Below, piece by piece: positions 7,125-15,184 of a stretch of 35,080 nt of DNA; the stretch's first letter is position 1, and the number at the start of each line of letters is the position of its first letter. Position numbers and translations under genes: made by a program. The notes under the pieces were generated by a model that did not search any database, was not told where the DNA came from, and saw only the letters and a program-made list of their open reading frames with translations. The stretch comes from a virus (lineage: Duplodnaviria; Caudoviricetes), in the IMG/VR virus record IMGVR_UViG_3300017766_000039, positions 1-35,080 of that record; one strand, written 5' to 3'.

Positions 7125-7153
7125 ATTATACACTGCTTTCTTGAAGTTGTCAA
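7125..7153 (-). promoter_or_regulatory. Consensus sigma70 promoter (leftward)
   Basis: TTGACA-17 bp-TATAAT, a perfect consensus. Confidence 0.85.
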
Positions 7154-7225
7154 CCCCCTATTTTGTCGTATCTAGACTATCTGTGTGTCGTTTTCAGAAC
7201 GTAGTGGTCGCTTGAAAGAAAGTAC

Positions 7226-7255
7226 TTGACAAACTCAAAAGTAGTGTGTTAATAT
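7226..7255 (+). promoter_or_regulatory. sigma70 promoter for the morphogenesis arm
   Basis: TTGACA-18 bp-TAATAT with extended -10 TGn. Confidence 0.65.
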
Positions 7256-7299
7256 TACAACAAGTGATTCGTTTTCCTGTAAGAGGAACCATACTCTCA

Positions 7300-7827
7300 A
7301 TGATGTTCTCCGAGAAGCAGCTACGTACCTCCCAAGGTAAGCTACGCACGAAGTCTCTCTTCTGGGAGCTTTCCTACTTCGAACCTGAGCATGTGATCTT
7401 CACCCTGCGTGAGGAAGACCTCGTTAAGAACGACAAGACTTACGTGTCTCTACGTAAACTGTATCTGTCGTACTGCTGCTCTGACCCTACGGAATACACC
7501 TTCGCATGGTCCGTCTTTGGTTCGTGGGAAACTTGGCAGCAACTAGCCCGCAGTAACTACATCAAGGAAAACGTAGGGACGTGGCGTAGGGAAGTAGAGG
7601 TCAAGATCAAATCTGAGGCTATCCGTTCTATTGCTGAAGAGATGAGGACTGGTGGACGTTCTTCCTTTGGTGCCGCTAAGCTTCTTCTGGAACGTGGGTG
7701 GCTAGACGACAAGAACGCTTCTAAGGCTAAAGAGAAACTCAAGGCCAAGGAAGAAGAGGAATTGGATAAACAAGCTCTGTCTCTCTTGAGTGAGGATGCT
7801 GAGCGTCTAGGAATCAAGGTTCAGTAG
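7300..7827 (+). CDS. Putative terminase small subunit
   Basis: First gene of the structural arm; helical C-terminus (KSEAIRSIAE...AAKLLLERGW); function inferred from position and size; GAGGA SD. Confidence 0.55.
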   Translation: MMFSEKQLRTSQGKLRTKSLFWELSYFEPEHVIFTLREEDLVKNDKTYVSLRKLYLSYCCSDPTEYTFAWSVFGSWETWQQLARSNYIKENVGTWRREVEVKIKSEAIRSIAEEMRTGGRSSFGAAKLLLERGWLDDKNASKAKEKLKAKEEEELDKQALSLLSEDAERLGIKVQ

Positions 7828-7831
7828 CACG

Positions 7832-8128
7832 ATGAGCAAGAAGCCTAACATCACCAATATTACGTCTGGTTACAACTCTACGACAGAGATCAACCAGAAC
7901 TTCCAAGCATTGCGTGATGCCTTCGACAACACTGTGTCGTTGGATGGTAGCTTGCCTAACGCTATGGACGCAGACTTCGACATGAATGGTTACGACATCC
8001 TTAACGCAGGTGGTCTCACGATCAATGGCGTAGATGTCTTTACTCTTATCAACAAAACCACAATCAGTCCTTTTCCGCCTTCGGGGGGTAGTGACGGGGA
8101 CATCTGGTTCAAAGTCACAACTGCATAA
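7832..8128 (+). CDS. Short tail-fibre anchor/adaptor protein
   Basis: NFQALRDAFDNTVSLDGSLPNAMDADFDMNGYDILN resembles podoviral fibre N-terminal anchors; C-terminal PSGGSDGDIWF. Confidence 0.65.
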   Translation: MSKKPNITNITSGYNSTTEINQNFQALRDAFDNTVSLDGSLPNAMDADFDMNGYDILNAGGLTINGVDVFTLINKTTISPFPPSGGSDGDIWFKVTTA

Positions 8129-8140
8129 GGTTGACTAAAC

Positions 8141-8533
8141 ATGGCTGCTCTTTCTAACTATTCAGAGAAACTACTTCTCGACTGGCTGATGACTAACGGT
8201 TCGGCTACTCGCCCTACCGCATGGTACGTTGCCCTGTACACTGCCGCTCCCTCTGACTCAGGTGGTGGTACTGAGGTATCTGGCAATGGCTACTCGCGTC
8301 AGGCTGTAACCTTTGATGCTGCATCCACTCCGGGTGGCACTACGTCCAACTCTGGTGCTGTGACCTTCACTGCCGCTGGTGGTAACTGGGGTACGATTAC
8401 TCACATCGGTATCCACGACGCTAGCACCTCGGGCAACCTACTGTGGCACGGCTCTATGACCGCCTCGAAGACTATTGCAGATGGCGACACTCTTGAATTT
8501 GCTACTGGTAACATCGACCTGACTCTTGCCTAA
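8141..8533 (+). CDS. Tail-fibre-associated structural protein
   Basis: YVALYTAAP...EVSGNGYSRQAVTF...WGTITHIGIHDASTSGNLL, a common phage tail-associated family. Confidence 0.75.
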   Translation: MAALSNYSEKLLLDWLMTNGSATRPTAWYVALYTAAPSDSGGGTEVSGNGYSRQAVTFDAASTPGGTTSNSGAVTFTAAGGNWGTITHIGIHDASTSGNLLWHGSMTASKTIADGDTLEFATGNIDLTLA

Positions 8534-8550
8534 GCTAAAGGAGGCGTAGG

Positions 8551-9282
8551 GTGCAGGGCTATCGTATAACAGAAAGTAATGATGACCTCCGTATCTCCGA
8601 AAGTGGAGACTCTAGGGTCACGGAACAGTTCTATGATGGCTTTGCGGACCTAACGGCTCAAGGCTCTCTTTCTGCTGTCAGTCAAGCTAATATCCTAGCC
8701 TCTGCCAGTTTGTCGTCTACGGGTAGCACCCTCCTCGTTGGGGAAGCTATCCTCTTCGGTCGTAGTGCTCTTGACGGTACAGGTTCTTTTGTCGTTGACG
8801 GTGATCTAGTAGCCTTTGGGGCTTCCGTACAGAACGCTACAGGCACTATCTCTGTCGTTGGCGTAAGAGTACAGCCCGGTGCTACAAGTCTCACTGGCAC
8901 GGGTTCTATAGCCTCTGCGGCAGGGTTTAAGTTTGCAGGTGCCTCGGACATTCAAGCAGAGGGTATTTTCTCTGCAACACCTAAGTTCACTGCACAAGGT
9001 TTGTTCGACCAAAACGACGAAAACGTAATCAGACTACTAGAGAATGGTGACATAAGGATTACCGAAGAGGGTGACACCAGAATTGTAGTTAACTTCCAGC
9101 CTAACACGGGCTACGGAGCTATAATCTCTGAACCATCTGTCGTTCTTTTCGTCTCGGAACCCTACGCTAAGTACGAATCTCAATGGCTCCGCGCTGTACC
9201 ATACGTTAAGTACGAAGGTGAGTGGGCCATTCCTGAAAAAGCCTATAAACATCTCAGCGGTAGATGGAAAAGGATTTACTAA
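8551..9282 (+). CDS. Tail-associated structural protein
   Basis: Ser/Gly/Ala-rich beta repeats, RIxE-GD repeats, C-terminal YVKxxGxW repeats; GGAGG SD with GTG start. Confidence 0.7.
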   Translation: MQGYRITESNDDLRISESGDSRVTEQFYDGFADLTAQGSLSAVSQANILASASLSSTGSTLLVGEAILFGRSALDGTGSFVVDGDLVAFGASVQNATGTISVVGVRVQPGATSLTGTGSIASAAGFKFAGASDIQAEGIFSATPKFTAQGLFDQNDENVIRLLENGDIRITEEGDTRIVVNFQPNTGYGAIISEPSVVLFVSEPYAKYESQWLRAVPYVKYEGEWAIPEKAYKHLSGRWKRIY

Positions 9283-9285
9283 CCC

Positions 9286-9741
9286 ATGGCTAACGTAAAA
9301 ATCAGTCAACTACCAGCAGCTTCATCTGCCTCTGGTACCCAAGAGTTTGAGATTAACGACAGCGGTACCTCTAGAAAGGCTACTGGCGCTCAGATTAAGG
9401 CGTATGTTAACGCTGATCGTGTAGAGAAAACCTCTGATACGGGGTCTGCTAAGGTTCCTGCGGGTACACAAGCCCAGCGTGATGGCACTCCTGCGGCTGG
9501 TTACTTCCGTTTTAACACAGATGTATCTAAATTTGAGGGCCATAACGGCACAGCTTGGGGTTCTGTTGGTGGTGGGGCCACTGGTGGTGGTTCTGATGAG
9601 GTATTTGTAGAGAATGGCCAGACCGTTACGTCAAATTACACGTTAACAACCAATAAAAATGCCATGTCTGTCGGTCCTATCACTGTCAACTCGGGGGTTA
9701 CCGTTACGGTTCCTACTGGCTCTAACTGGGTGGTTCTCTGA
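9286..9741 (+). CDS. Tail-fibre connector protein
   Basis: MANVKISQLP N-terminus; PAGTQAQR...GYFRFNTD..FEG; C-terminal GGATGGGSDEVFVENGQTVT...GPITVNSGVTVTVP..W module. Confidence 0.75.
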   Translation: MANVKISQLPAASSASGTQEFEINDSGTSRKATGAQIKAYVNADRVEKTSDTGSAKVPAGTQAQRDGTPAAGYFRFNTDVSKFEGHNGTAWGSVGGGATGGGSDEVFVENGQTVTSNYTLTTNKNAMSVGPITVNSGVTVTVPTGSNWVVL

Positions 9742-10610
9742 TGTCTGTCACAATCAACGGAACAACTGGCATCGCGGGTGCCAACGGCTCGGCCTCCACT
9801 CCGGCTGTGCAGGGCGAGGATACCAATACCGGGGTGTTCTTCCCTGCGGCTGATACTGTGGCTGTGGCTACGGGCGGCTCTGAGCGTATGCGGGTGGATA
9901 GCTCGGGGCGTCTTGGGGTGGGGACGAGTTCGCCGGGTGCTGCGCTTGAGGTAAGTGGCGAAGCTCGGATTTACCCAAGTAGCGGCGCAGCAAATCTTCG
10001 TTTTGGTAGCGGCGGTTCGGAAAAGGCAAAGCTGGCCGTTGACACATCAAGCAATATGATTTTTGAAACCGCAGGCTCCGAACGCGCCCGCATCGACGCT
10101 GACGGCACTTTGCTAATTGGGCGAACTGCCGACGTGTCCGCAGCAACACGCTTGGGCCTTGATGCAACCGCGTCGATCGCTGGCTTTATCTCTGAAACCG
10201 GACCCACCACTTCAGTCACTCATGGTCGGTTTTACAACGGCAACGGAAACGTCGGGAATATCTCAACGAATGGATCGGCCACCACCTACGCCACCTCCTC
10301 CGACTACCGCCTGAAAGAGAACGTCCAGCCCATGCAGGATGCTCTGGCGGTTATCGCCCAGTTGAACCCTGTGACCTACACATGGAAGGCTGACGGCTCG
10401 GACGGCCAAGGCTTCATCGCGCATGAACTGCAAGCTGTGGTGCCTGATTGCGTGACGGGTGAGAAGGACGCTGTAGATGCCGAGGGCAACCCGCAGTATC
10501 AGGGTGTAGACACCTCGTTCTTGGTCGCCACTCTCGTCGCCGCAATAAAAGAGCAGCAGGCGACTATTGACGCCCTTGTGGCGCGGGTTTCTGCACTGGA
10601 GGCGATATGA
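9741..10610 (+). CDS. Tail fibre with C-terminal peptidase S74 intramolecular chaperone
   Basis: ERMRVDSSGRLGVGT fibre repeats; SSDYRLKENV autocleavage motif, GFIAHELQ, C-terminal coiled coil. Confidence 0.88.
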   Translation: MSVTINGTTGIAGANGSASTPAVQGEDTNTGVFFPAADTVAVATGGSERMRVDSSGRLGVGTSSPGAALEVSGEARIYPSSGAANLRFGSGGSEKAKLAVDTSSNMIFETAGSERARIDADGTLLIGRTADVSAATRLGLDATASIAGFISETGPTTSVTHGRFYNGNGNVGNISTNGSATTYATSSDYRLKENVQPMQDALAVIAQLNPVTYTWKADGSDGQGFIAHELQAVVPDCVTGEKDAVDAEGNPQYQGVDTSFLVATLVAAIKEQQATIDALVARVSALEAI

Positions 10611-11212
10611 CCGAGATTTGGCATCCCTGCGCGGGGTTTGAGACCCACTACGAGGTAAGCAGCCTAGGGCGCGTTCGCTCAATTGCCCGGCATGTTCCGC
10701 ACCATAAGGGCGGGTTCAGACTGTCCCCAGCACGAGTTCTACGCCAAGCGATTAGCGGCTCTGGCTACGCTTTAGTGTCTTTTTGCGTTGACGGCGTAAA
10801 GAGCAACCAAAGCGTGCATCGCCTTGTGGCGCGCGCGTTTATATCGAACGAGGCCAACAAGCCTCAGGTCAACCATAAAAACGGCGTCAAGACGGACAAT
10901 TTTGTCAGCAATCTTGAGTGGGTAACAGCGTCTGAGAATGGGCTGCATTCCTACAGGACGTTGGGCAATGTGTCCCACGGAGGCCAAGGATTTGGTGCGG
11001 AGCATTCAAATGTGAAACCTGTCCTTGCGACTAATGTGGACAGCGGAAAAGCGGTTTTGCTTCTTGGTACTCGCCAGAAGAAAGAAATGGGCTTTGGGCA
11101 AACTTGTGTGGACAAAGCCATCCGAGAAAACAAGTGTTACCATGGCTGGACGTTTGCTAGGGTAACAAAGGCCGAGGTTGACAGCCTCAAAGCACAATTG
11201 GAGGCAAACTGA
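10607..11212 (+). CDS. NUMOD4-HNH homing endonuclease
   Basis: NUMOD4 (EIWHPCAGFETHYEVSSLGRVRS) plus HNH (VHRLVARAF...VNHKNGVKTDNFVSNLEWVTASEN). Confidence 0.92.
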   Translation: MTEIWHPCAGFETHYEVSSLGRVRSIARHVPHHKGGFRLSPARVLRQAISGSGYALVSFCVDGVKSNQSVHRLVARAFISNEANKPQVNHKNGVKTDNFVSNLEWVTASENGLHSYRTLGNVSHGGQGFGAEHSNVKPVLATNVDSGKAVLLLGTRQKKEMGFGQTCVDKAIRENKCYHGWTFARVTKAEVDSLKAQLEAN

Positions 11213-12060
11213 TGTCCCGTATTACTCTGAGCGGAAACGCCTCTGGCACGGGGAACTTCACCCTCGCCTCGCCCAATAGCAACACGGATCGGACGCTGAC
11301 GCTGCCGGATGCGACGGGGACTGTGAACGTCTCGGGTCTCGCCAACGAGGTGCCTGCTGGTTCGGCCGGTGCGCCTGCGATCTACCCCACGGGTGACAGC
11401 AACACGGGTATCTTCTTCCCCGCTGCGGATACCATCGCTTTCGCAGAGGGTGGGGCTGAAGTTGCTCGGTTTGATAGCTCGGGGAACCTGCTGGTTGGGA
11501 CGACGAGTAATCTAGGAAGTTCAAGGTTTGCAGTGGTGGGTAATGTGTCCAACCACATGGTGAGCTTTAGAAACGACAACAACAGCACACCGTCTGGCTT
11601 AGATATTATCTATAACGCTGCTGCGCCAAACAACACGACAAACACATTCTGTCAGGGCAGAGACACAAGTGCAGTTAGGTTTGAGTTTCGCTCCAACGGC
11701 GGCTTGGCAAACTTCAGCGGCAACAACGTCAACCTGTCTGACAGCCGTGAGAAAGCCAACTTCTCACCGGCTGGCGAGTACCTGTCAAAGATTTGCGCCA
11801 TCCCGGTGCAGACCTTCAACTACATTGACCAGAACATGGACGAAGACCCCGGCCTCACGCTGGGTGTCGTGGCGCAGGACGTGCAGGCTGTTGCCCCTGA
11901 ACTGGTGATGGAGAGCAACTGGGGAACCGGAGACGACCCCAAGATGCGACTGTCGATCTACCAGACGGACTTGCAGTATGCGCTGATGAAGTGCATCCAA
12001 GAACAACAGGCCACCATCACCGCCCTCGAAGCCCGCATCACCGCATTGGAGGCCAACTAA
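11212..12060 (+). CDS. Second tail fibre with peptidase S74 chaperone
   Basis: DRTLTLPDATGT N-terminus, NTGIFFPAADT module, LSDSREK, GVVAQDVQ, coiled-coil end. Confidence 0.87.
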   Translation: MSRITLSGNASGTGNFTLASPNSNTDRTLTLPDATGTVNVSGLANEVPAGSAGAPAIYPTGDSNTGIFFPAADTIAFAEGGAEVARFDSSGNLLVGTTSNLGSSRFAVVGNVSNHMVSFRNDNNSTPSGLDIIYNAAAPNNTTNTFCQGRDTSAVRFEFRSNGGLANFSGNNVNLSDSREKANFSPAGEYLSKICAIPVQTFNYIDQNMDEDPGLTLGVVAQDVQAVAPELVMESNWGTGDDPKMRLSIYQTDLQYALMKCIQEQQATITALEARITALEAN

Positions 12061-13130
12061 TGTCCCAACTCCGCACAAACGCGATCCTCGACGCTGCTGG
12101 TGGCAACACGGCTACGATCAACACTGTGCCTCTGCGCCCCGGTGTTCTTGACCCTGAGAACCGCATCATCAACGGGGCCTTCGACTTCTGGCAGCGGGGG
12201 ACGAGCTTTACGACTGGGGTCTATGGAGCGGATCGGTGGATTAACGACCTCTCTGGCGGCACTGTTACCATGTCTCGTCAGGCTTTTACTGTTGGCGATA
12301 CTTTGGGGTCGAGCAACCCGACGTACTTTCTGCGTCAAACGGTAAGCGGACAATCTGGTGTTAACGACCGTGCAATTGTCTCCCAGCCGATTGAGGGTGT
12401 CCGCAGCTACGCGGGCCAGACGATCACCGTTCTTGGTTGGGCGCGTCGGTCGTCAGGTTCTGGGAACGTGACAATTGAACCTCTCCAGTTTTTCGGTACT
12501 GGCGGCTCTCCTTCCTCCGATACGTTGATTACGCCACAGACTGTTACTCTCACGACTTCGTTTGCACCATTTGCCCTGACGTTTAGTGTCCCGTCGATTG
12601 CGGGGAAGACGCTCGGGACTAACGGCAACGACAGTCTTGTTCTAAACTTCTGGACTTCCGCAGGGTCCAACAGAAATGCACGATCCAACAGCCTCGGCCT
12701 CCAGACCATCGGGGTTGACCTGTGGGGCGTCCACATCAAGGTTGGCACTCACACCACGGCGGCGACGGACCTCTACAAGCAGCCCGAATTGGGGCCTGAG
12801 TTGGCGCGGTGTCAGCGGTATTATCAGCTTATCGCTTCGACAGCGGGTGTGCTGGCTGGAAGAGCTTCTGGAACCACTGGCGCAATCTACGGCGTCCCGC
12901 TTACTGTGCCAATGAGGGGTAATCCATCTGCAAACAACCCGACAATGATTTTTTACGGGGCCACTGCATTTGGCACGTCAAGTGGTGGAACAAACACGCT
13001 AGTTGCTTATAGCACATCCGGTGTCTCGATTACGGCATCTTTCGTAAAAACAGGATTCACTGGTATTACGGATGATCGGATTGTTAATATTTACCCGACG
13101 CAAGAGTTGACCTTGGACGCGGAACTTTGA
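12060..13130 (+). CDS. Third receptor-binding protein (carbohydrate-binding-like tail fibre)
   Basis: NRIINGAFDFWQRG...YGADRW and ELARCQRYY motifs typical of phage fibres; start at the TAATG overlap with GGAGG SD. Confidence 0.8.
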   Translation: MSQLRTNAILDAAGGNTATINTVPLRPGVLDPENRIINGAFDFWQRGTSFTTGVYGADRWINDLSGGTVTMSRQAFTVGDTLGSSNPTYFLRQTVSGQSGVNDRAIVSQPIEGVRSYAGQTITVLGWARRSSGSGNVTIEPLQFFGTGGSPSSDTLITPQTVTLTTSFAPFALTFSVPSIAGKTLGTNGNDSLVLNFWTSAGSNRNARSNSLGLQTIGVDLWGVHIKVGTHTTAATDLYKQPELGPELARCQRYYQLIASTAGVLAGRASGTTGAIYGVPLTVPMRGNPSANNPTMIFYGATAFGTSSGGTNTLVAYSTSGVSITASFVKTGFTGITDDRIVNIYPTQELTLDAEL

Positions 13131-13131
13131 C

Positions 13132-13314
13132 ATGAACACCATGACCATTACCTCGGCCAAATACGCCACGAACAAGGGCGAAATTGTTGGGATAAACGCC
13201 ACCATCGACAACCAAGAATGGTGTGTCCCGATGACCCCCGGCAATCGCCACTACGACGAGATCATGCGTCAGGTGGACGCTGGCGATCTGGTGATCCAAG
13301 AGGCAGACGCATGA
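13132..13314 (+). CDS. Small tail-fibre companion/assembly protein
   Basis: VPMTPGNRHYDEI motif commonly follows ELARCQRYY-type fibres. Confidence 0.7.
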   Translation: MNTMTITSAKYATNKGEIVGINATIDNQEWCVPMTPGNRHYDEIMRQVDAGDLVIQEADA

Positions 13315-13340
13315 CCCCCGAGATGCTTTGGAACGTGTAG
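13311..13340 (+). pseudogene. Possible truncated gene remnant (MTPEMLWNV*) at the edge of the tail module
   Basis: ATGA-coupled start with GAGG SD, stop after 9 codons, next gene starts immediately. Confidence 0.35.
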
Positions 13341-13832
13341 ATGTTTGATCCAGTTTCCATTGGAATGGCCGTTAGCGTTGGAAGCAAGGCGTTTAACTTG
13401 CTCAAGCAAGGCATTGCGGCTGGCCGTGAGATACAGGATATGGCGTCTCAGCTTTCAGAGTGGGGTAAGGCTGTCTCTGACATTTCCTACGCAGCAGAGA
13501 AAGCGAATGAGCCTCCGGGTGTATTCAAGACGTTGTTCGGTACGGACACTCAAAAGAGTGCCATCGACATCTTTGCTGCTCAGAAGCAATGCGAACAACA
13601 GCGTAAAGAGTTACGACAGCTTATCAGTTACAGCTACGGCAACGATGCTTGGCTAGAGTTTCAGGCTATTGAGCGTAGAGTAAGAGAACAACAGCGCGAA
13701 CAAGTCTATCGTCGCAAAGAACTTATCGAAGGCATCTTAGAAGCTGCGCTCTGGACAGTCATAATCTTGGCAACAAGCATTATCGCAGGCTTTGGTCTGT
13801 ACTTCTGGGGCCGTTATTTGGAGAGGTGGTAA
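13341..13832 (+). CDS. Coiled-coil protein with C-terminal transmembrane helix (lysis region)
   Basis: ORF track; hydrophobic C-terminal helix. Confidence 0.75.
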   Translation: MFDPVSIGMAVSVGSKAFNLLKQGIAAGREIQDMASQLSEWGKAVSDISYAAEKANEPPGVFKTLFGTDTQKSAIDIFAAQKQCEQQRKELRQLISYSYGNDAWLEFQAIERRVREQQREQVYRRKELIEGILEAALWTVIILATSIIAGFGLYFWGRYLERW

Positions 13833-14023
13833 TGGTACTTGAACACTGGATATGGCCTGCTTTTGCCATAGGCATTGGTGTAATCTTTTACTTTAGTGAA
13901 GACGGCTTTTACCGCTACCCGTGTCAAGACCCACAAAATTGGGCTAATTTAGAATGTCAACCCCCGATTTGCCTACGTACTAAGAACTGTTCCGATGATC
14001 TGACTGGAGGAGCTTCGCCATGA
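13832..14023 (+). CDS. Small membrane-anchored Cys-rich protein (lysis accessory/spanin-like candidate)
   Basis: N-terminal TM then YRYPCQDPQNW..ECQPPIC...C; TAATG overlap. Confidence 0.65.
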   Translation: MVLEHWIWPAFAIGIGVIFYFSEDGFYRYPCQDPQNWANLECQPPICLRTKNCSDDLTGGASP

Positions 14024-14298
14024 GCAAGAACGACCCCGACTTCCTCGAAGCTAAACTACGTTATTTCATTGGCGTGTCGTTGACTATGATCTTGGGCGGC
14101 AGCATCTTTATCATTCTGTATTCGCTAGTGTTCGTTACCCAACCCTTGGGCGAAAGCTCTGAGAACGACAGAGCACTGTTTTCTATCCTTACCCCCATTG
14201 CCAGCTTTATTACTGGTGCCTTGGGTGGCGTAATGGCCGCAGGCAACAACCGTAAACGTGGCGAGGAAGAATCGCCAGCAGAGGAGCCGAAAGAATGA
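14020..14298 (+). CDS. Putative holin (2 TM helices)
   Basis: Two hydrophobic helices, charged C-terminus, upstream of the endolysin; GGAGG SD. Confidence 0.6.
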   Translation: MSKNDPDFLEAKLRYFIGVSLTMILGGSIFIILYSLVFVTQPLGESSENDRALFSILTPIASFITGALGGVMAAGNNRKRGEEESPAEEPKE

Positions 14299-14519
14299 TT
14301 GGACGCATCGTAGGAATGCTCATTGGCCGCAGGCTGAAAGAAAAGGCAGTCGATGCCGTGTTGGATAAAGTAGACCTGCCTGATCCAGTAGAGAATGCAA
14401 TCAAGGCTGCTGTCACTGGTAACCCGACAGACTTGCTTGGCGACATGGGTAAAAGCATGGCGAAGGAAGAAGTTTTGAAAGCTGTCGTTAAAAAGAAGGC
14501 TAATAAGCGCGATGTCTGA
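14295..14519 (+). CDS. Hypothetical protein in the lysis cassette
   Basis: ORF track; overlaps both neighbours; GAGGAG SD. Confidence 0.7.
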   Translation: MIGRIVGMLIGRRLKEKAVDAVLDKVDLPDPVENAIKAAVTGNPTDLLGDMGKSMAKEEVLKAVVKKKANKRDV

Positions 14520-15126
14520 TGCAATGAAGAAGTTGCAAGAGAAGTGTGGTGTCGTTGCTGATGGCTCCTTTGGCCCAAATACGGCACGGGCTATTGCTAA
14601 GCACTATAAGCTTTCTCCTGAACGTGGTGCTCACCTGTTGGGGCAAGCTAGCCATGAGAGCGGAGGCTTTAAGCTGACCAAGGAAAACCTAAACTACTCA
14701 GCCGAAACCATGTGCAAGGTCTGGCCTTCACGGTTCAAGAGCGTAGCTGAGGCTGCACCTTTTGCTCGTAACCCTAAAGCTCTGGCTGATAAGGTTTACT
14801 CTAATCGTATGGGTAACGGAGAAGGTGAGGGTCACATCTGGATTGGCCGCGGCTTCTTGCAGTTGACGGGTAAGGATAACTACCGATCCTTTGCCTCTGA
14901 CATGCGTGTGCCTGAGGTTATGGAAAATCCTTCGCTGGTCGAGACTGACTACGCAATGGAAACGGCTATGTGGTTCTTTGAGAAGAATGGCTTGTTTGCT
15001 ATCGCTGACAAGGGTGTGAACGAAGATATCATCAAGCAGATCACCAAGCGCGTGAATGGTGGTTACATTGGTTTGGATCACCGTAAGAAAGAGACCGAGA
15101 AGATTTACGGCTGGTTGAAAGCGTAG
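14512..15126 (+). CDS. Endolysin, glycoside hydrolase family 19, with N-terminal peptidoglycan-binding motif
   Basis: ADGSFGPNT; GQASHESGGF, ENLNYS, GRGFLQLTGKDNY, ITKRVNGG motifs. Confidence 0.9.
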   Translation: MSDAMKKLQEKCGVVADGSFGPNTARAIAKHYKLSPERGAHLLGQASHESGGFKLTKENLNYSAETMCKVWPSRFKSVAEAAPFARNPKALADKVYSNRMGNGEGEGHIWIGRGFLQLTGKDNYRSFASDMRVPEVMENPSLVETDYAMETAMWFFEKNGLFAIADKGVNEDIIKQITKRVNGGYIGLDHRKKETEKIYGWLKA

Positions 15127-15149
15127 TGTTGTAAGACTAAACGTACCCC

Positions 15150-15178
15150 TTGACAAACCAAATCAACCGTGGTATTAT
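15150..15178 (+). promoter_or_regulatory. sigma70 promoter directly upstream of terL (leaderless arrangement)
   Basis: TTGACA-17 bp-TATTAT; predicted +1 coincides with the A of ATG 15185. Confidence 0.7.
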
Positions 15179-15184
15179 TGTCAC

